NCBI RefSeq assembly: GCF_009914755.1 | Contig: NC_060938.1 | From: the human T2T-CHM13v2.0 reference genome, Homo sapiens | Direction: 5' to 3' (one strand) | DNA: 64,000 bases | In this document: in pieces, positions 19,767 to 35,715 of the stretch | Position numbering within the stretch: position 1 is the stretch's first letter | Layout: the number at the start of each line of letters is the position of its first letter | Program-made: the position numbers and the translations under genes | Notes under the pieces: model-generated | Databases searched by the model: none | The model's input: only the letters and a program-made list of their open reading frames with translations | What the model was told of the DNA's origin: nothing

Positions 19767-20339
19767 ACCATGTCCCCTATCTCACTTTCCTTTCTACCAG
19801 ATTCACTTTACAACACTCCAAACAAGGAGTTTCAGGTTTGTAGTCATGACACATTCGTCATTTTATGTCAATATATGCTGTTTATGAACAACTCTAAAGG
19901 TTAAAAATTATTCATTCTATTGAGCTAAATCTATTCTGGTATAATATTTGAGAACACATTCTAGATCTCTCCTGCACAGTTAATAGGGGTTAAGAAAGAC
20001 TAGTCCCATGATTCTCAGGTTGAGGGAGAATAACACATGCACTGCCTCTCCACCATTCTGACACGGCATTATAGGAGGTGTAAGATCCTCTCTAACACCA
20101 GCCCCGCAAAACCTCAGACTTAATGAACAGTTCATGACATTGTGAGCCAGTTGTGATGGAAATGTAATGAATCCCCTCCAGGAGGGTTGGGAGCAAACAA
20201 AAAAGACTGAGGAACAGCAATTTCAGTCTTCCTCATGATAGCCATTCAGATGAAGACAACTACTATATTTTCCTGAGTCTGTTCTTTTCCAAGATCAACA
20301 CCTTTAATTTTAATTATTCCCCATGACATGGCTTTTATT

Positions 20340-20650
20340 CTATTCATTCAGCAAATATTTATTGAGGGCCTAATATGTGCCAGGCAGTCTAGTAGGTATT
20401 AGAATGATGCAGGGATGAGTATACTAGAATCCATGTCATCTAAGATTATAATCTGGGGGAGGATGTAAACAAATAAATTGCAAGACACTGTGATAAGTAT
20501 TTGGATAATGTTTAGTATAGGATCTAAGGGAGCACAAGCAGAGATTCCTAAGCCAGTGTTAAAGACCTGAAGATCAAGAAGAGACTGGGGAGGCAGGACA
20601 GATTCACATTCCAGGCAGAGGGAGCAGCCAGTACAAATGCCCACAAGTTG
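20340..20650 (-). mobile_element. L2 fragment
   Basis: ttcattcagcaaatatttattgagggcctaatatgtgccaggca..cattccaggcagagggagcagc. Confidence 0.65.
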
Positions 20651-20761
20651 TAGTAGATATTAGCTGGGTTTCTGGCAGCCCAGCATCCTCATCCATCCAC
20701 TTCCTGTTTTAGAGCCTTGCCTCCCATAGGGGAGAACGCAAGGTGGTTCCAGGCAATTGTG

Positions 20762-21167
20762 CAGGACTGGGACTAGGGTGAGGAGAGTGAGCCACTTGAC
20801 TCAGCTGTAACATTTAAGGGGATACCAAAAAACTTAAGATAAAGAATATTTTAATGCATTGTTTATTAAAATCATAATTGATGCAAAAAAATCCATGATG
20901 AATAAAATATCAAAACCTTAAAGAAAGACATGATCAGTATAATTGGTTTTCCCTTTTGCCTCAAGCTCTAATATGGCTTGGTATGGCACTGCTGTTGATT
21001 CTGTCTTTCTTTAAATTTTTCTATTGTATTTCAACATGGATTTTTTTTTGGCATTAGTTTTGATTTTTTGAAATATTGTTTGTCTTGATTGGGGAGTTTG
21101 TTGGTGCTCCTTTAAATTGTGTGCCAAAAACGAGTGCCTTAGTCACCTCACCCTGGCTCCAGCCCTA
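20762..21167. mobile_element. MER96B-like palindromic hAT MITE
   Basis: Inverted ends caggactgggactagggtgagg / cctcaccctggctccagccct; internal arms aaaaaatccatgatgaa / caacatggattttttt. Confidence 0.75.
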
Positions 21168-21714
21168 CAACCAGGACATAAACACAAAATCTATGCTTGG
21201 CCAGTTGTGCTGTCTCCTGGGGCTTTGACTCTGGAGCATAAATGTGGTTAGAGACATTTCACAGTGGTGGCAGCAGAAGTTAGTATCCTACTATGACCTG
21301 GCCTCCCATGGTCATGCCCCTTTTCTGAGCGGTTGTTCTGGTATTCAAGAAGCATATTCTCTTCGTTTTTGAAAATCACAGTCATGTTTGTTTATCTTCA
21401 GACTTCTATTCTTCCCTTTCTCCCTTCTTTACAGATAACCAGTAGTGCTTGTATATTAATATATGCAAGCTTTCTTTTTGGTATCTGAGGACAAAATTTA
21501 TCCAGGTGTAGCAAAATGAATTCATCGGAAGTAACTATTTTTTTCAGTCACTTCACTTGTCTTGTACTTCTTTTCCCATTTAATCTTTCTCCACCATTTC
21601 CACCTGAACGTAACCTTGAAGATTTATTTTTAGTTGTCATTTCTTAATATTATATTCACCTCTCCAAACACAAAAATACTTTCTGTTATCTTTAGCTTAA
21701 GAAGAAGAATAATA

Positions 21715-22440
21715 GCAGTCACTGAACCTGAACACATGAACAACAGAGATTAAAGGATGCCAGATTCAGAGGTCCTCACTAAAAGTAAGCACCAGAGGCA
21801 TCCATAAAGAAAACAATGTTCACCAAGAAACAACTGGAAGATTTAGAGATGTTATTCATTAAGAACCCATACCCAAACTCCAGTCTTTAGAAAGAATGGC
21901 CTCAAAAACTGGCATCTCTCCAACAGTACTACAGATTTAATTCAAGAACCTCAGAGCAAAACTCAAGAAATGAAAATACAACCATATTCAATAAAAACAA
22001 CAGAAGACTCAACAATAACAATTACTTTAGGGAAGAGTGGAGAGAAATATTGGCACACCACCTGGATCCACTACCGGTGCCAGCCCTGCCTCTCCAATTT
22101 CTATAAATCATCTGGCACCTTCAGTCCAAGTTAGCATGTCCCAGTTTTAAGGTCCACACAGATAACTCTGTTAGTCATAGAATAGCCTATTATGGCTACT
22201 GCCAAAACCATAATATATACTACCCCTTCCCCATTTTGGACTCCCAAGTTCTTTGCCCAAGTTCTGATTCTTTGGTCTCTTCACCTAGGTAGAACTTAAC
22301 TGGCCGTTCTGAATTGCAAGAGAGAAAAACAATAGGTAGCCAAAAATTATTTACCTCATGCTGGGCATTACCTTTCCTGATAGTTTACTGAGTTTGTGCC
22401 ACTCTTCACATTTATCCTGTAATAAATGAATCTCTACCTG
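21715..22440 (+). pseudogene. DPRXP3: DPRX (divergent paired-related homeobox) processed pseudogene, likely DPRXP3
   Basis: ATG 21757 MPDSEVLTKSKHQRH, then frameshifted MFTKKQLEDLEMLFIKNPYPNSSL*K-MASKTGISPTVLQI*FKNLRAKLKK (DPRX MFTKKQLEDLNILFNENPYPNPSLQKEMASKIDIHPTVLQVWFKNHRAKLKK). C-terminal HRIAYYGYCQNHNIYYPFPILDSQV (DPRX HRIVHFGCCRDPNIYCLYPILESQV). No intron at the LQ/VWF homeobox position; AATAAA at 22421; multiple stops. Confidence 0.92.
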
Positions 22441-23017
22441 TTTTTGTTTTGTTGCTTCTCTCCATTTTTCCCCATCAGAGTCAGTTATATTATAATTTTG
22501 TTTTTGAAGCCTTACCTTCTGTCTGTCTGGGGTTACACTCCCTGTTATAGTTTCTGGCTTAGAATTACCTATCCTACCTCTGAATGCTTGAAATTTACTC
22601 TCGTAGGGTCAAGGTTCCAGGCTTCCTTTGCTATTACAACACCGAAGCTAACTAGCATACTGTCTTCTTATAAAACTCTTGTCACCCCACATCACTTACA
22701 GTTTCCTTCTTGTCAGTCATTATAGTCTTGGATAGAAGTTCTCTTTGTTGTTTTCTCCACTTTCTGAGAAATGAAATTGTCAATGTGGTATCACCTTATC
22801 AGGTGCTCTTTTTTTTTTTTTACCAGAATGAAACCTCTCCCCAATGCTGGGAGAGGTGACGTTTCCCGTTACTACTGTATATTGTGTCTATATCTGTTTT
22901 GTAATCTGTATTAGGAAATCATCACTATATCAACCACAAGAGTATCACTAGAATAGAACATACTTTACTAATGTCGTGAGCCGTAGTGACACTTGCCTCC
23001 TTGTATTAACCTTCTAA

Positions 23018-23339
<322 letters not shown>

Positions 23340-23914
23340 TAGACTTTAACTTCTAAGTGTACATTGTTCAGATTCCAGAGATTGTTATTAGGAATGAGGC
23401 TAGTAGCTTATTTTCCATCTACTTGAGTCTTTGCTGATAAATTATTGGAAGACTCTACTACTAAATAATAATTTTAGGTATCATACCAGCACCTCTAGTA
23501 CCTCTGTATGGGAGTTCTGCTCAGTTTTAGATAATCTTATGAGATTTCAAACTCTATCCCATCACTGGCTTTAATGCTGTCATATATCTAATAAGGGAAG
23601 TGATATATTCCTTTCTTTCTCTCTCATTTCCTTAAAGGCATGGCAGACCTGGAGGAGATGAACACTTAAGGAACCTGAGCAAGTGGCATACTGTTTATCT
23701 TTTAGCTAGCATTGTAAAGCCAGAGATATGAATCATAGGGGAAAGAAAGGACAGAAAAAGAACAGTGCTTCTTCAAAAATAGAAAACTTTTTTTTATTTC
23801 CACCTAGTGTCATCATAATACTATATATATCTAGAGATATTCTCTATCATAGGAGCCAAAATTTGTCTTAAATCAGATAAGTATCTAAGTTATCAAGGAC
23901 AGATTTTATTTAGC

Positions 23915-24170
23915 AAATATTCATTTAGAACTTGCTGTGGGATATATGTTCAAAGTGCTTTATGAACAGTAATTTATTGAATACTCATAGCAAGTGGAAT
24001 CTCCTATCAGATGGGAACTACTACCAGTTCCCATTTTACTAATGGATGAGGAAAGTGAGGCTTAGAGAGGCTAAGTAACATCCCTAAGGTCTCACAGCTA
24101 GTAATGGGGGAGAGCTGGAATTTGAATTCAAGAAACCTGGCACCAGAGTCTATGCCTTAAACACTAATTA
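23915..24170 (-). mobile_element. MIR SINE
   Basis: cccattttac..gatgaggaaagtgaggcttagagaggctaagtaac..aaggtctcacagctagt. Confidence 0.7.
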
Positions 24171-24843
24171 TGCAGCCTCTCCAATATATTTTCTTCCTAA
24201 AGTTCCAATAGAGAATAATGATACAACTCATACTAGAAAATACCTAATGAGCATAAAATACTGTTTTTGTTTAAAACAACTAATTAAGGACTTTGTCAGA
24301 CGTGTAACACTTTAACCTTCTTAGTTATAACTTGGCCAAAAGCTGCTTAGTTAAAACAATGTTCCTTCCACATTATTATTGTCTGCCTGGCCTCCCACCT
24401 ATTTCCTAGGATTCAAATTAGACAGTTGGTGTCTAGCTCTTGTTTGTGTATATTTGACAATGAACTCCTTTTTTTTTTGGTCACATGTGTTCTGGGATTG
24501 TGGAAAGTTTATTGATTGTGTCCAGGGTTAGACGAATGATGTCCTTTAATCTAATCTCTTTTACCTTAATTATAGTTCTGACCTGCTAATTATTTCTACC
24601 TATCCATGTTCACATCCAATCTTCTCTTCCATGTAAGTGTTGCTAGTATCAGAAATTTTTTTCCATGTTTGCATAGGTTTTATTTTATTCTTTCCTAAAT
24701 GTATTAATCTTTATTGTTTCAAGAGAAACTTTATTATAGTTAATATAGTATGACTTACCACATACATGTATTTACTAGGACTTCTGAATACATTTACTGA
24801 GAACTTGAATACTTTGGTGTAGGAGATTTTTCTCCTGTAATGA

Positions 24844-25306
<463 letters not shown>

Positions 25307-25345
25307 TAATCTATAAATTATAGTGAAGAGTAGAAAACAGCTTAG

Positions 25346-25490
25346 GGCTGGGCACAGTGGCTCACACCTGTAAGCCCAGCACTTTGTGAGGCCAAGACAG
25401 GCAGATTGCTTGAGCTTAGGAGTTCAAGACCAGCCTGGGCAACATAACGAAACCCCATCTTTAAAAAATAAAATAAAATAAATAAACAAA
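25346..25490 (+). mobile_element. FLAM/left Alu monomer
   Basis: Single left arm with A-rich tail. Confidence 0.8.
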
Positions 25491-26292
25491 TGAGAAAAGA
25501 GCTTAAGAAGCATAGCTCCTAAATCACTTGCCTCTAGCCTAACCAAAGCTGTAACACTAAGTTTTCACTAGACTTCTGGTGACCTAGTGATACCTGTTAT
25601 TACTCTCATAAAACCACCAGCTTAAGTATGTATATTTTACTATAGTTGGTATAGATTCTAGCTTTCCTAGTCTGTGAAATATTTAACAAAGACCCTCTGT
25701 TGTTAATATTTGTGCCATGATGTTTCTCAAATTAACTATTTGGTGTTAGCCATGTAAGCTTTCAAATACAAACATTCAATATTCATTAAATCTTTAACTC
25801 CTCATCATGTGCCAGGCTCTGTGCTAGATACTATGACAGATGCAAAGATGAATAAAATGTAGTCCCTTCCTTTGTTTAGGGGTTTATAATCCCACAGATA
25901 CCTAAATCATTAATATGTAGAATATTTACAAGGGCTGTAAGAAATGTTTAGGCAAAGAGCTAAAACATCCACAGGCTAAGGAAAACTACTTTTAGCTAAG
26001 GAGGGATCAAATAATTATGTGGAAATTGGCATTTAATCTGGATCTTGGCAGGTTAGACTTTGATAATCAGATTTGGAGAGTGGAAAAGGGGCTGACTCCA
26101 CTGTTCAGACAACAACGCTGTTTAGACAGCACCACATAATAAAGTAGTACTTTGGAGATAGGCAGTGATGGGTTGGGGGGAGTAATAAATATTGCCTAAC
26201 TTTGTTCTATTACCAAACTTGTGGCAACTTTACTGTGACGAGATTTGAGGAGAAAGATAAAATTTAATACCCAATTGAAAATAGATGGTTAA

Positions 26293-26615
<323 letters not shown>

Positions 26616-26743
26616 CCAAGAAAAATTCTTACCGTCCTTGTGATATTGGTGGATTTTGGTTATCTCTAAAATCAGATTTCTTCCTTTTGATTATAAGAAA
26701 CAGTTTTAATGGATTCCACTTATTTTCCTTAAAAGTTATGTTA

Positions 26744-27107
<364 letters not shown>

Positions 27108-27443
27108 TCATTCAGGTTTCTCCAGCTTGCACCTATAAATCTGAACCAGTCCTTTAGCTTTTAATGTTCTTCTTCCTCTTCCATCCTGGTCTATCCTTAC
27201 ATAAGAGAACTCCCACCAAAAATATCCTTACTTCTCCCAGGGACTCTCTACTTCTCAGAGAGTCCCAGTTTATATCTTACAGCAAAATGAAATAAATAGG
27301 AATTTGGGCATATTTTAAACTTTTTTTAAAATTTTAGTTTAAAATTATAATTTTTTTCTTTATTGTTCACAGTTAAGTAACAAGTAATTTTTTTTTGCAC
27401 AAGCCCGCAGAAATACGTAACAGGTAATTTAAAGACTTAAATC

Positions 27444-27810
<367 letters not shown>

Positions 27811-27884
27811 TTATTGCCTTCCCTTGTGTGTGAAAAAAGAAAACATAACATGTAACTCTGAATAAATATAGAGTTAAAAAAATA

Positions 27885-29143
27885 ATTTCAACTTCTGTTT
27901 TAGATTCTGGGGCTACATGTACAGATTTGTTACACAGATATATTGCACGATGCTGAGGTTTGGATTACGAATGATCCCCTCACCCAGGTAGTGAACATAG
28001 TACCCAATAGTTAGTGTTTTCAACCCTTGCCTTCCTCCCTCCATCTCCCCGCTAGTAGTCCCAGTGTCCGTTGTTGCCATCTTTATATCCATGAGTACCC
28101 AATGTTTATCTCATACTTGTAAGTGAGAACATGCAGTATTTAGCTTTCTGTTCCTGTGTTAATTTGCATAGGATAATCGCCTCCGGCTGCATCCATGTTG
28201 CTGCGAAGGACATGATTTTGTTCTTTTCTGTGGCCACATAGTATTCCATGGTGCATATGTACCACATTTTCTTTATCCAGTCCACCATTGATGGGCATCT
28301 AGGTTGAGTCCATGTCTCTGCTATTGTGAATAATGTTGCGATGAACATATGAGTGCATGTGTCTTTTTGGTAAAATGATTTTATTTTTAATATATACCCA
28401 GTAATGGGATTGCTGGGTTGAATGGTAGTTCTAAGTTATTTGAAAAATCTCCAAACTGCTTTCCATGGTGACTGAACCAATCTATATTCCCACCAACAGT
28501 GTATGAGCCTTCCCTTTTCTCCACAGCCTTGCCAGCATCTGTTTTTTACTTTTTAACAATATCCATTCTGACTGGTATGAGATGGGATCTCATTATGGTT
28601 TTGATTTATAGTTCTCTGATGATTAGCGATATTGAGCATTTTTTCATGTTTGTTGTCCACTTGTATGTCTTCTTTTGAGAAGTGTCTATTCATGTCTTTT
28701 GCCCACTTTGTAATGGGACTATTTGTTTTTTGCTTATTAAATTGCTTAAGCTCCTTATAGATTCCTGGATATTAGATTTTTGTTGGATGCGTAGTTTGCG
28801 ATTATTTTCTCCTATTTGTAGGTTATCTATTTCTTCTGTTAATAGTTTCTTTTGTTGTGCAGAAGCTCTTTAGTTTAATTAGGTCCCACTTGTTGATTTT
28901 TGTTTTTATTGCAGTTGCTTTTGAGGACTTAGTCATAAATTCTTTCTGAAGGCCGACGTCCAGAATGGTGTTTACTAGGTTTTCTTTTAGGATTTCTATA
29001 GTTTGAGGTTTTATGTTTAAATCTTTAATCCATCTTGACTTAATTTTTGTATATGGTGAAAGGTAAAGGTCCAGTTTCATTCTCCTGCTATGACTGGCCA
29101 GCTATCCCGGCACCATTTATTGAATAGGGAGTCTTTTCCCCAT
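27885..29143 (-). mobile_element. L1PA (older primate, ~L1PA13-16) 3' 1.25 kb
   Basis: ORF2 C-terminal translations MFIATLFTIAETWTQPRCPSMVDWIKKMWYICTMEYY and [26 protein letters not shown]; L1PA 3'UTR. Confidence 0.9.
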
Positions 29144-29531
29144 TAATGCTGGTATTTTAAAAGGGCATGAAGATGTTGGCCTATAGTATGCCAACCTTTT
29201 CATTTCAGTTACTCCCCACCCCTCATAAAATACTTTGTTTACATTATGCCCTGTAGATGGCAGTACTTATATGAAAAATGTAAGTTTAGAAAGAGCTTTG
29301 AGAATGATTAGCAGGTGGGGTCTTTAATGAGAAAGGCTTAATTGACATGTTCTTTGTCAATTTTTTTCATTCACTGGATTTTTTTCAAACAATCACAAGC
29401 TTTCTTTATCACTCATGATGTTTCCATTGAGTTTTCTTTCACCATCGCCTGACCTCCCTAGACCCCACTTTTGTTTCAGAAATCACGTTACACAATCATT
29501 TTCTCTTTAGAGGGCAGTGATTAGAAACTAG

Positions 29532-29929
<398 letters not shown>

Positions 29930-30515
29930 CATTACTGTAAATTCTGATAGAGATGGGGAAAGCAGTATCACATAGCTTTCAAATATGATTTCATTACAAA
30001 TCTACAGTTATAGGGTCAATCAAGTATATCTTTGAGCGGGAGAAAGTAACTCATTCAGGAATATGAAAAGCTGTCTTGTTCTCCCTAAACATTGGGGATT
30101 TTGACTGTGGGATTCATTTAGTAAGTATTCATCGAGTACTTATATGTTAGGCACTGTGCTGGGTAGGTATCCTGCATTACAATTATGAAAGGACATAGTC
30201 CGTACTCTCAGATATGCCTTTTCAAGTTAGTGAAACCTGGTGATTCTTGTGAAAGAGGTATGTGGAAGATACGGTAAAAGCACAGAATAGGAATAGATGG
30301 TTATGGCAGATATTACCAATTAATTACAACACACTTTTCTTCCAAGTCTGCTGGTCTCAAACTCCTCCACAACACTTGAGAAGCTGGTATTGTTCAATCA
30401 AAGAAGACATGCAAGAAGCCTGTTGCCTAAACATGGCATGGTGGGAGTAGTGCCTAAGATACTACTGAGAAATGTTATGCAGTATGCCACCAACTGTGTA
30501 AAGACAGGAAAAGAG

Positions 30516-30516
<1 letters not shown>

Positions 30517-30564
<48 letters not shown>
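30517..30564 (+). repeat. (AC)24 microsatellite
   Basis: 48 nt uninterrupted AC run. Confidence 0.97.
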
Positions 30565-30568
<4 letters not shown>

Positions 30569-31799
30569 TTGTTGATGTCTAGTCTCTAGAAGGCTACTGA
30601 AGAAATGGATAATACTGGTTGCCTCTCGGGAGAACAGCTAGGTGGCTGGGGGATGGAGTGGGAGAGAAACTTTTTATTGAATATCATTTGGTTTCTTTTG
30701 GAGTTTGAGCCATGTGAATTTATTACCCATACAAAAATGAAGTTCAAGGTTTACTACCTTACATCACATTACCATGTCTGAGGAGAATATATACCAGTTG
30801 TCTTTTATTTGGTGGGTTTTTTAATCTACTAAACTCCTAATCATATACTAAATAGAATAAAAGTATTGCCAAGGATCATTTAAGTATCTTGTAACACTTT
30901 TTGTTTTGGTTATGGGAAATTACCAGTTTTTATTTTTCATGCTTCTCAACTAGTATATCCTGATAAACCTTGAGTGGCTGAGAGTGGAAGTGGTTCCTCC
31001 CACAAAAGCCAACTATAGATTTTTTTTTATGTACAGCAAAGAGCTATGTGTTTTTGTATTTGTTTGGCTTTGTTGTTTTAATGGAAATTATACATGAGCT
31101 ATGCCAGATAATCCTGGCAGAAAACAGATTGTGAACAGAAAACATATGGTTAGTAAGTCCATTTGCATTGCTCAGAATTTAGAGCAAATTAACATATTTC
31201 CTTGTTGAGATGAATTGGAGTAGTCATAGTAGGACAGATAGAGGCGCCAACTCTCTTGAAATAAATTTTTATAGCTGAAATTTAAAAATACTGGGAATGT
31301 GAAAGGAAAGTCCTTAGAATCAGCCATACCCCAGGGGTCCTTAGAAATTTGATATGTGTTTATGGATCACGTAAAGATGATGTTGAGGGTTGTAAAGTAT
31401 AGGTTTATTCAATCTAAGGAACTTTAGGTCTAGTTGAAACCTGATAAATAAAACAGAATGAAAGTCACATATACACAAGGAATTGCATAAGTTATGAACT
31501 TTATTATATACATGCATACTTGCTAAAGCACAATATATAGTCAGTAGACATCAAATGGCTGGTTAATCTTTATGAACTCTGTTTCTGTTAATTGGATAAG
31601 AAAAACAGCTTATACCATGGTAGCATATAACAGTTTACAGATCACTTCTGCAGTGTTTATCTCACTTAATCATAGGTTCAAGATTTTATTAATATTTGGG
31701 GAGATGGTTTATATCATAATGAAAATCATATCTTTTATTCTGACTTCCATCCCCCTGTTTGGTATGGCCATGCAGATTTTTTTTTTTTTTCATTTTGGA

Positions 31800-32052
<253 letters not shown>

Positions 32053-32146
32053 ATGTAGAAGTTTTTGATAGAAAAACAGCAATTATGTAAACTTTTCTTG
32101 ACATACTTAGCCTGCCAATTAAGAAGAAAACCTCCATCTCTGCTAA

Positions 32147-32556
<410 letters not shown>

Positions 32557-32863
32557 CTCCTTCCTCTTTTACAACAGGTAGGAGTTCCATTCCAAGGTTC
32601 TGGATTTTTGGACTCATTCTCTTAATCTCTTTCAGTTTTAAGAAATCCATCTCTCTTCTGTGCTCTCAAACTTCAGTTTCCCCTTTTCTTTTCATTCGTC
32701 AACCCATTCGGCAAATACTTATTGATCATCATAAGCATCAGGCCCTGTTTTTTGCGCCAGGGATACACCAATGAATTAAGTAGAGAAAACTCCCTTCACT
32801 CATGGAGCTAACATTGTTTCTGATAGGTACTTACCATCGGCTACGGCATTGCATAACTCTAGA

Positions 32864-33504
32864 GTATTATTTTTCTACATCTCTCTTCCTAATAAATATA
32901 TGAATTGTAACTTTGTCTCTAGAATTGTTGTAGAGACAATGAATATTGCCTCTAGAGTTGTTCAGTGCACAGCCAGCTTAGTTCTATACAGTAGTCTTAT
33001 CTACTGTGCTTAATTAGGATGTCTGTCAAAACTAATTTCCTATAGTAAAATCAGTCAGCTTCCACATTCTAACAATTGCCAACGTGCAATCCCTTCGTTT
33101 AAGAAAAGCATGCAGTCCTCTCCATGGTGCAAGGGTGGAAGAGGATTTTGTGGAGAAATCATCCTTTGTATTTCCTCAGATTACCTGTGTTAGGCCACCC
33201 TAAAATTTGCTTGTTGCTTCTTTCTTTACCTTCTGCAGTATTGAAGGATTTTTTTCCTTTGTCTTTGAGTAGTTCTCTAATTTTTTTCGTTTCCTTTTTT
33301 TTTCCCTGCACAGAAAAACTATGTTCACATTTCTTTTCCCTTACAATGATCACAGCATGTGTTTTTCCTGAGCTCTGCAGTGGTTCTTCCACCTTGATTT
33401 ATGTTCAGTAAATGTGCAATTGGTAAGAAGTCTGTGCTCTGCATTTTGAAGGCAAAGTTACAATTCATATATTTATTAGGAAGAGAGATGTAGAAAAATA
33501 ATAC
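32864..33504. repeat. Perfect 52-bp inverted repeat (32864-32915 / 33453-33504)
   Basis: gtattatttttctacatctctcttcctaataaatatatgaattgtaactttg and its exact reverse complement. Confidence 0.95.
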
Positions 33505-34260
33505 CATTAGATTCCATTATAATATTTTCTTGCTTCGTGACTCTGCTCAGTCCTCTTAAGTTTGTTAAAGCTCAGGCTTTCCTTATGATCAAAATATGGA
33601 TCTGAAAAACACTTATTAATACTACTTACTCTACTCCCTTATATAGAAAATAACTTTGAATTTGTCTAAGAAATCATGTCAAGACGCATCTTTCAATGAA
33701 ATGTGTGCTCGAAGAGAGTAATTCTTTGTGCATGTAGGGTTGGAAAAGGTGAGAAGTATGTTTACTTGCACGTCATTGTAGTTGAAATCAGATGGAAAGG
33801 TTTAGAGATTGTGCAATTAGGGAATGTTTTCTACCCACAGATTCTGTAGCCGTGTGTTTCACATTCATTAACAATTAGGCCCAAGGATACTTGGATTCAC
33901 ATCTGCTTTGGAAACTATTTTTTCCAAATACTGTGTTTCCTAGATCTTTACTGAAATGATCAACATTAGGTATGAACTGCACCAACTTTCCTCTTTAAGA
34001 TAGCTTTGTTTGTCCTTTGATCTTTTCTGTCCATGTTCAGCCTCTTAAAACCATCTCTGCTGCAAATGTCATTTATATGATGCAGTAAGACACTCTTTCA
34101 AATAATTTTTGGATGTATGCTAATCATATATGAGACACAAAGGCTCCTACGCCCCTAGCCTTACTTCCCTCTTGGCACTTTTACTTACTTCATTTTTTTT
34201 TAGACTTCAAATGTGACTAACTCTCTCAAATCCTTTCTTTCCTCTTTCAACTGTTGTTCC

Positions 34261-34589
<329 letters not shown>

Positions 34590-34698
34590 TGAATGCTTTA
34601 ATCCTGCAACTTAAGATACATCTTCACTGCTTAATTGAAATGGCACTCTTTCAATGTTACCAGTAACCTCCAAGGGGAAATGGAAGCTAATATTTTTT

Positions 34699-35237
34699 GA
34701 AGGAAAATTTGTATTATTTTAATTATTTTTATGTACAGAAAACTCAACAGTGTACATTTAACTCAGTTTAGTGGAAAGTTCTTTAGCCTTTGCCTTTTCG
34801 AGCTTGGTGATGCGAGCCACAGACTTGGGACCCAGGACATTGCCTCCCTAGTGATGGCGGATTTCATCATATCTGTCATTGTAATTGGTCCTGATAGCTT
34901 CCACCAGCTTAGCCAAAGTGTCTTTGTCTTCCAAGTTAACCTGTGTAAAGTTGACAGTGGTGCAGGTCTTCCTGTGGACTAGATGTCCCAGTCTTGCCTT
35001 CCCCTTGATAATGCAGTAAGGGACCCCCATTTTATGACACAAGGTAAGCAGGAAGACAACTAGCTTGATGGGATCCACTTCATGTGCAGTCACCACCAGC
35101 TGAGCCTTCTTGTTCTCCTCCAAGGTGGTGATGGTGTTAACTCCTGCTCGAAGGACAGGTGGTCTTTTAGTGGGGACGTCCCCTTTGCCAGCAGCTTTCT
35201 TCTTGGCCTGGACAAACAGCCTCTGCTTCTTCTCTTG
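34699..35237 (-). pseudogene. RPL7AP3: RPL7A processed pseudogene, 5'-truncated, likely RPL7AP3
   Basis: Reads [35 protein letters not shown]...ENKKAQLVV...[46 protein letters not shown]>TAG at 34850-34848; intronless; 3'UTR present; 17-bp TSD ggaagctaatatttttt at 34682-34698 and 35238-35254. Confidence 0.96.
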
Positions 35238-35368
35238 GGAAGCTAATATTTTTTAGTACCTTCTGTAGACCAAGCAAAAGTTGCCAATGCTAGACACTTG
35301 TATATGGAGTACCTCATTTAATTCTTACAGCTGTTATTGGTATTACCTCCTTAAGAATGTGGAAACTA

Positions 35369-35715
<347 letters not shown>

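Noticed and set aside
30320-30510. Possible cryptic exon after ttttcttccaag
   Set aside because: No matching donor, and no similarity to any protein I recognise.
34848-35123. 91-aa RPL7A-like ORF as a functional CDS
   Set aside because: Starts at TTG in a 5'-truncated retrocopy and ends at a premature TAG.
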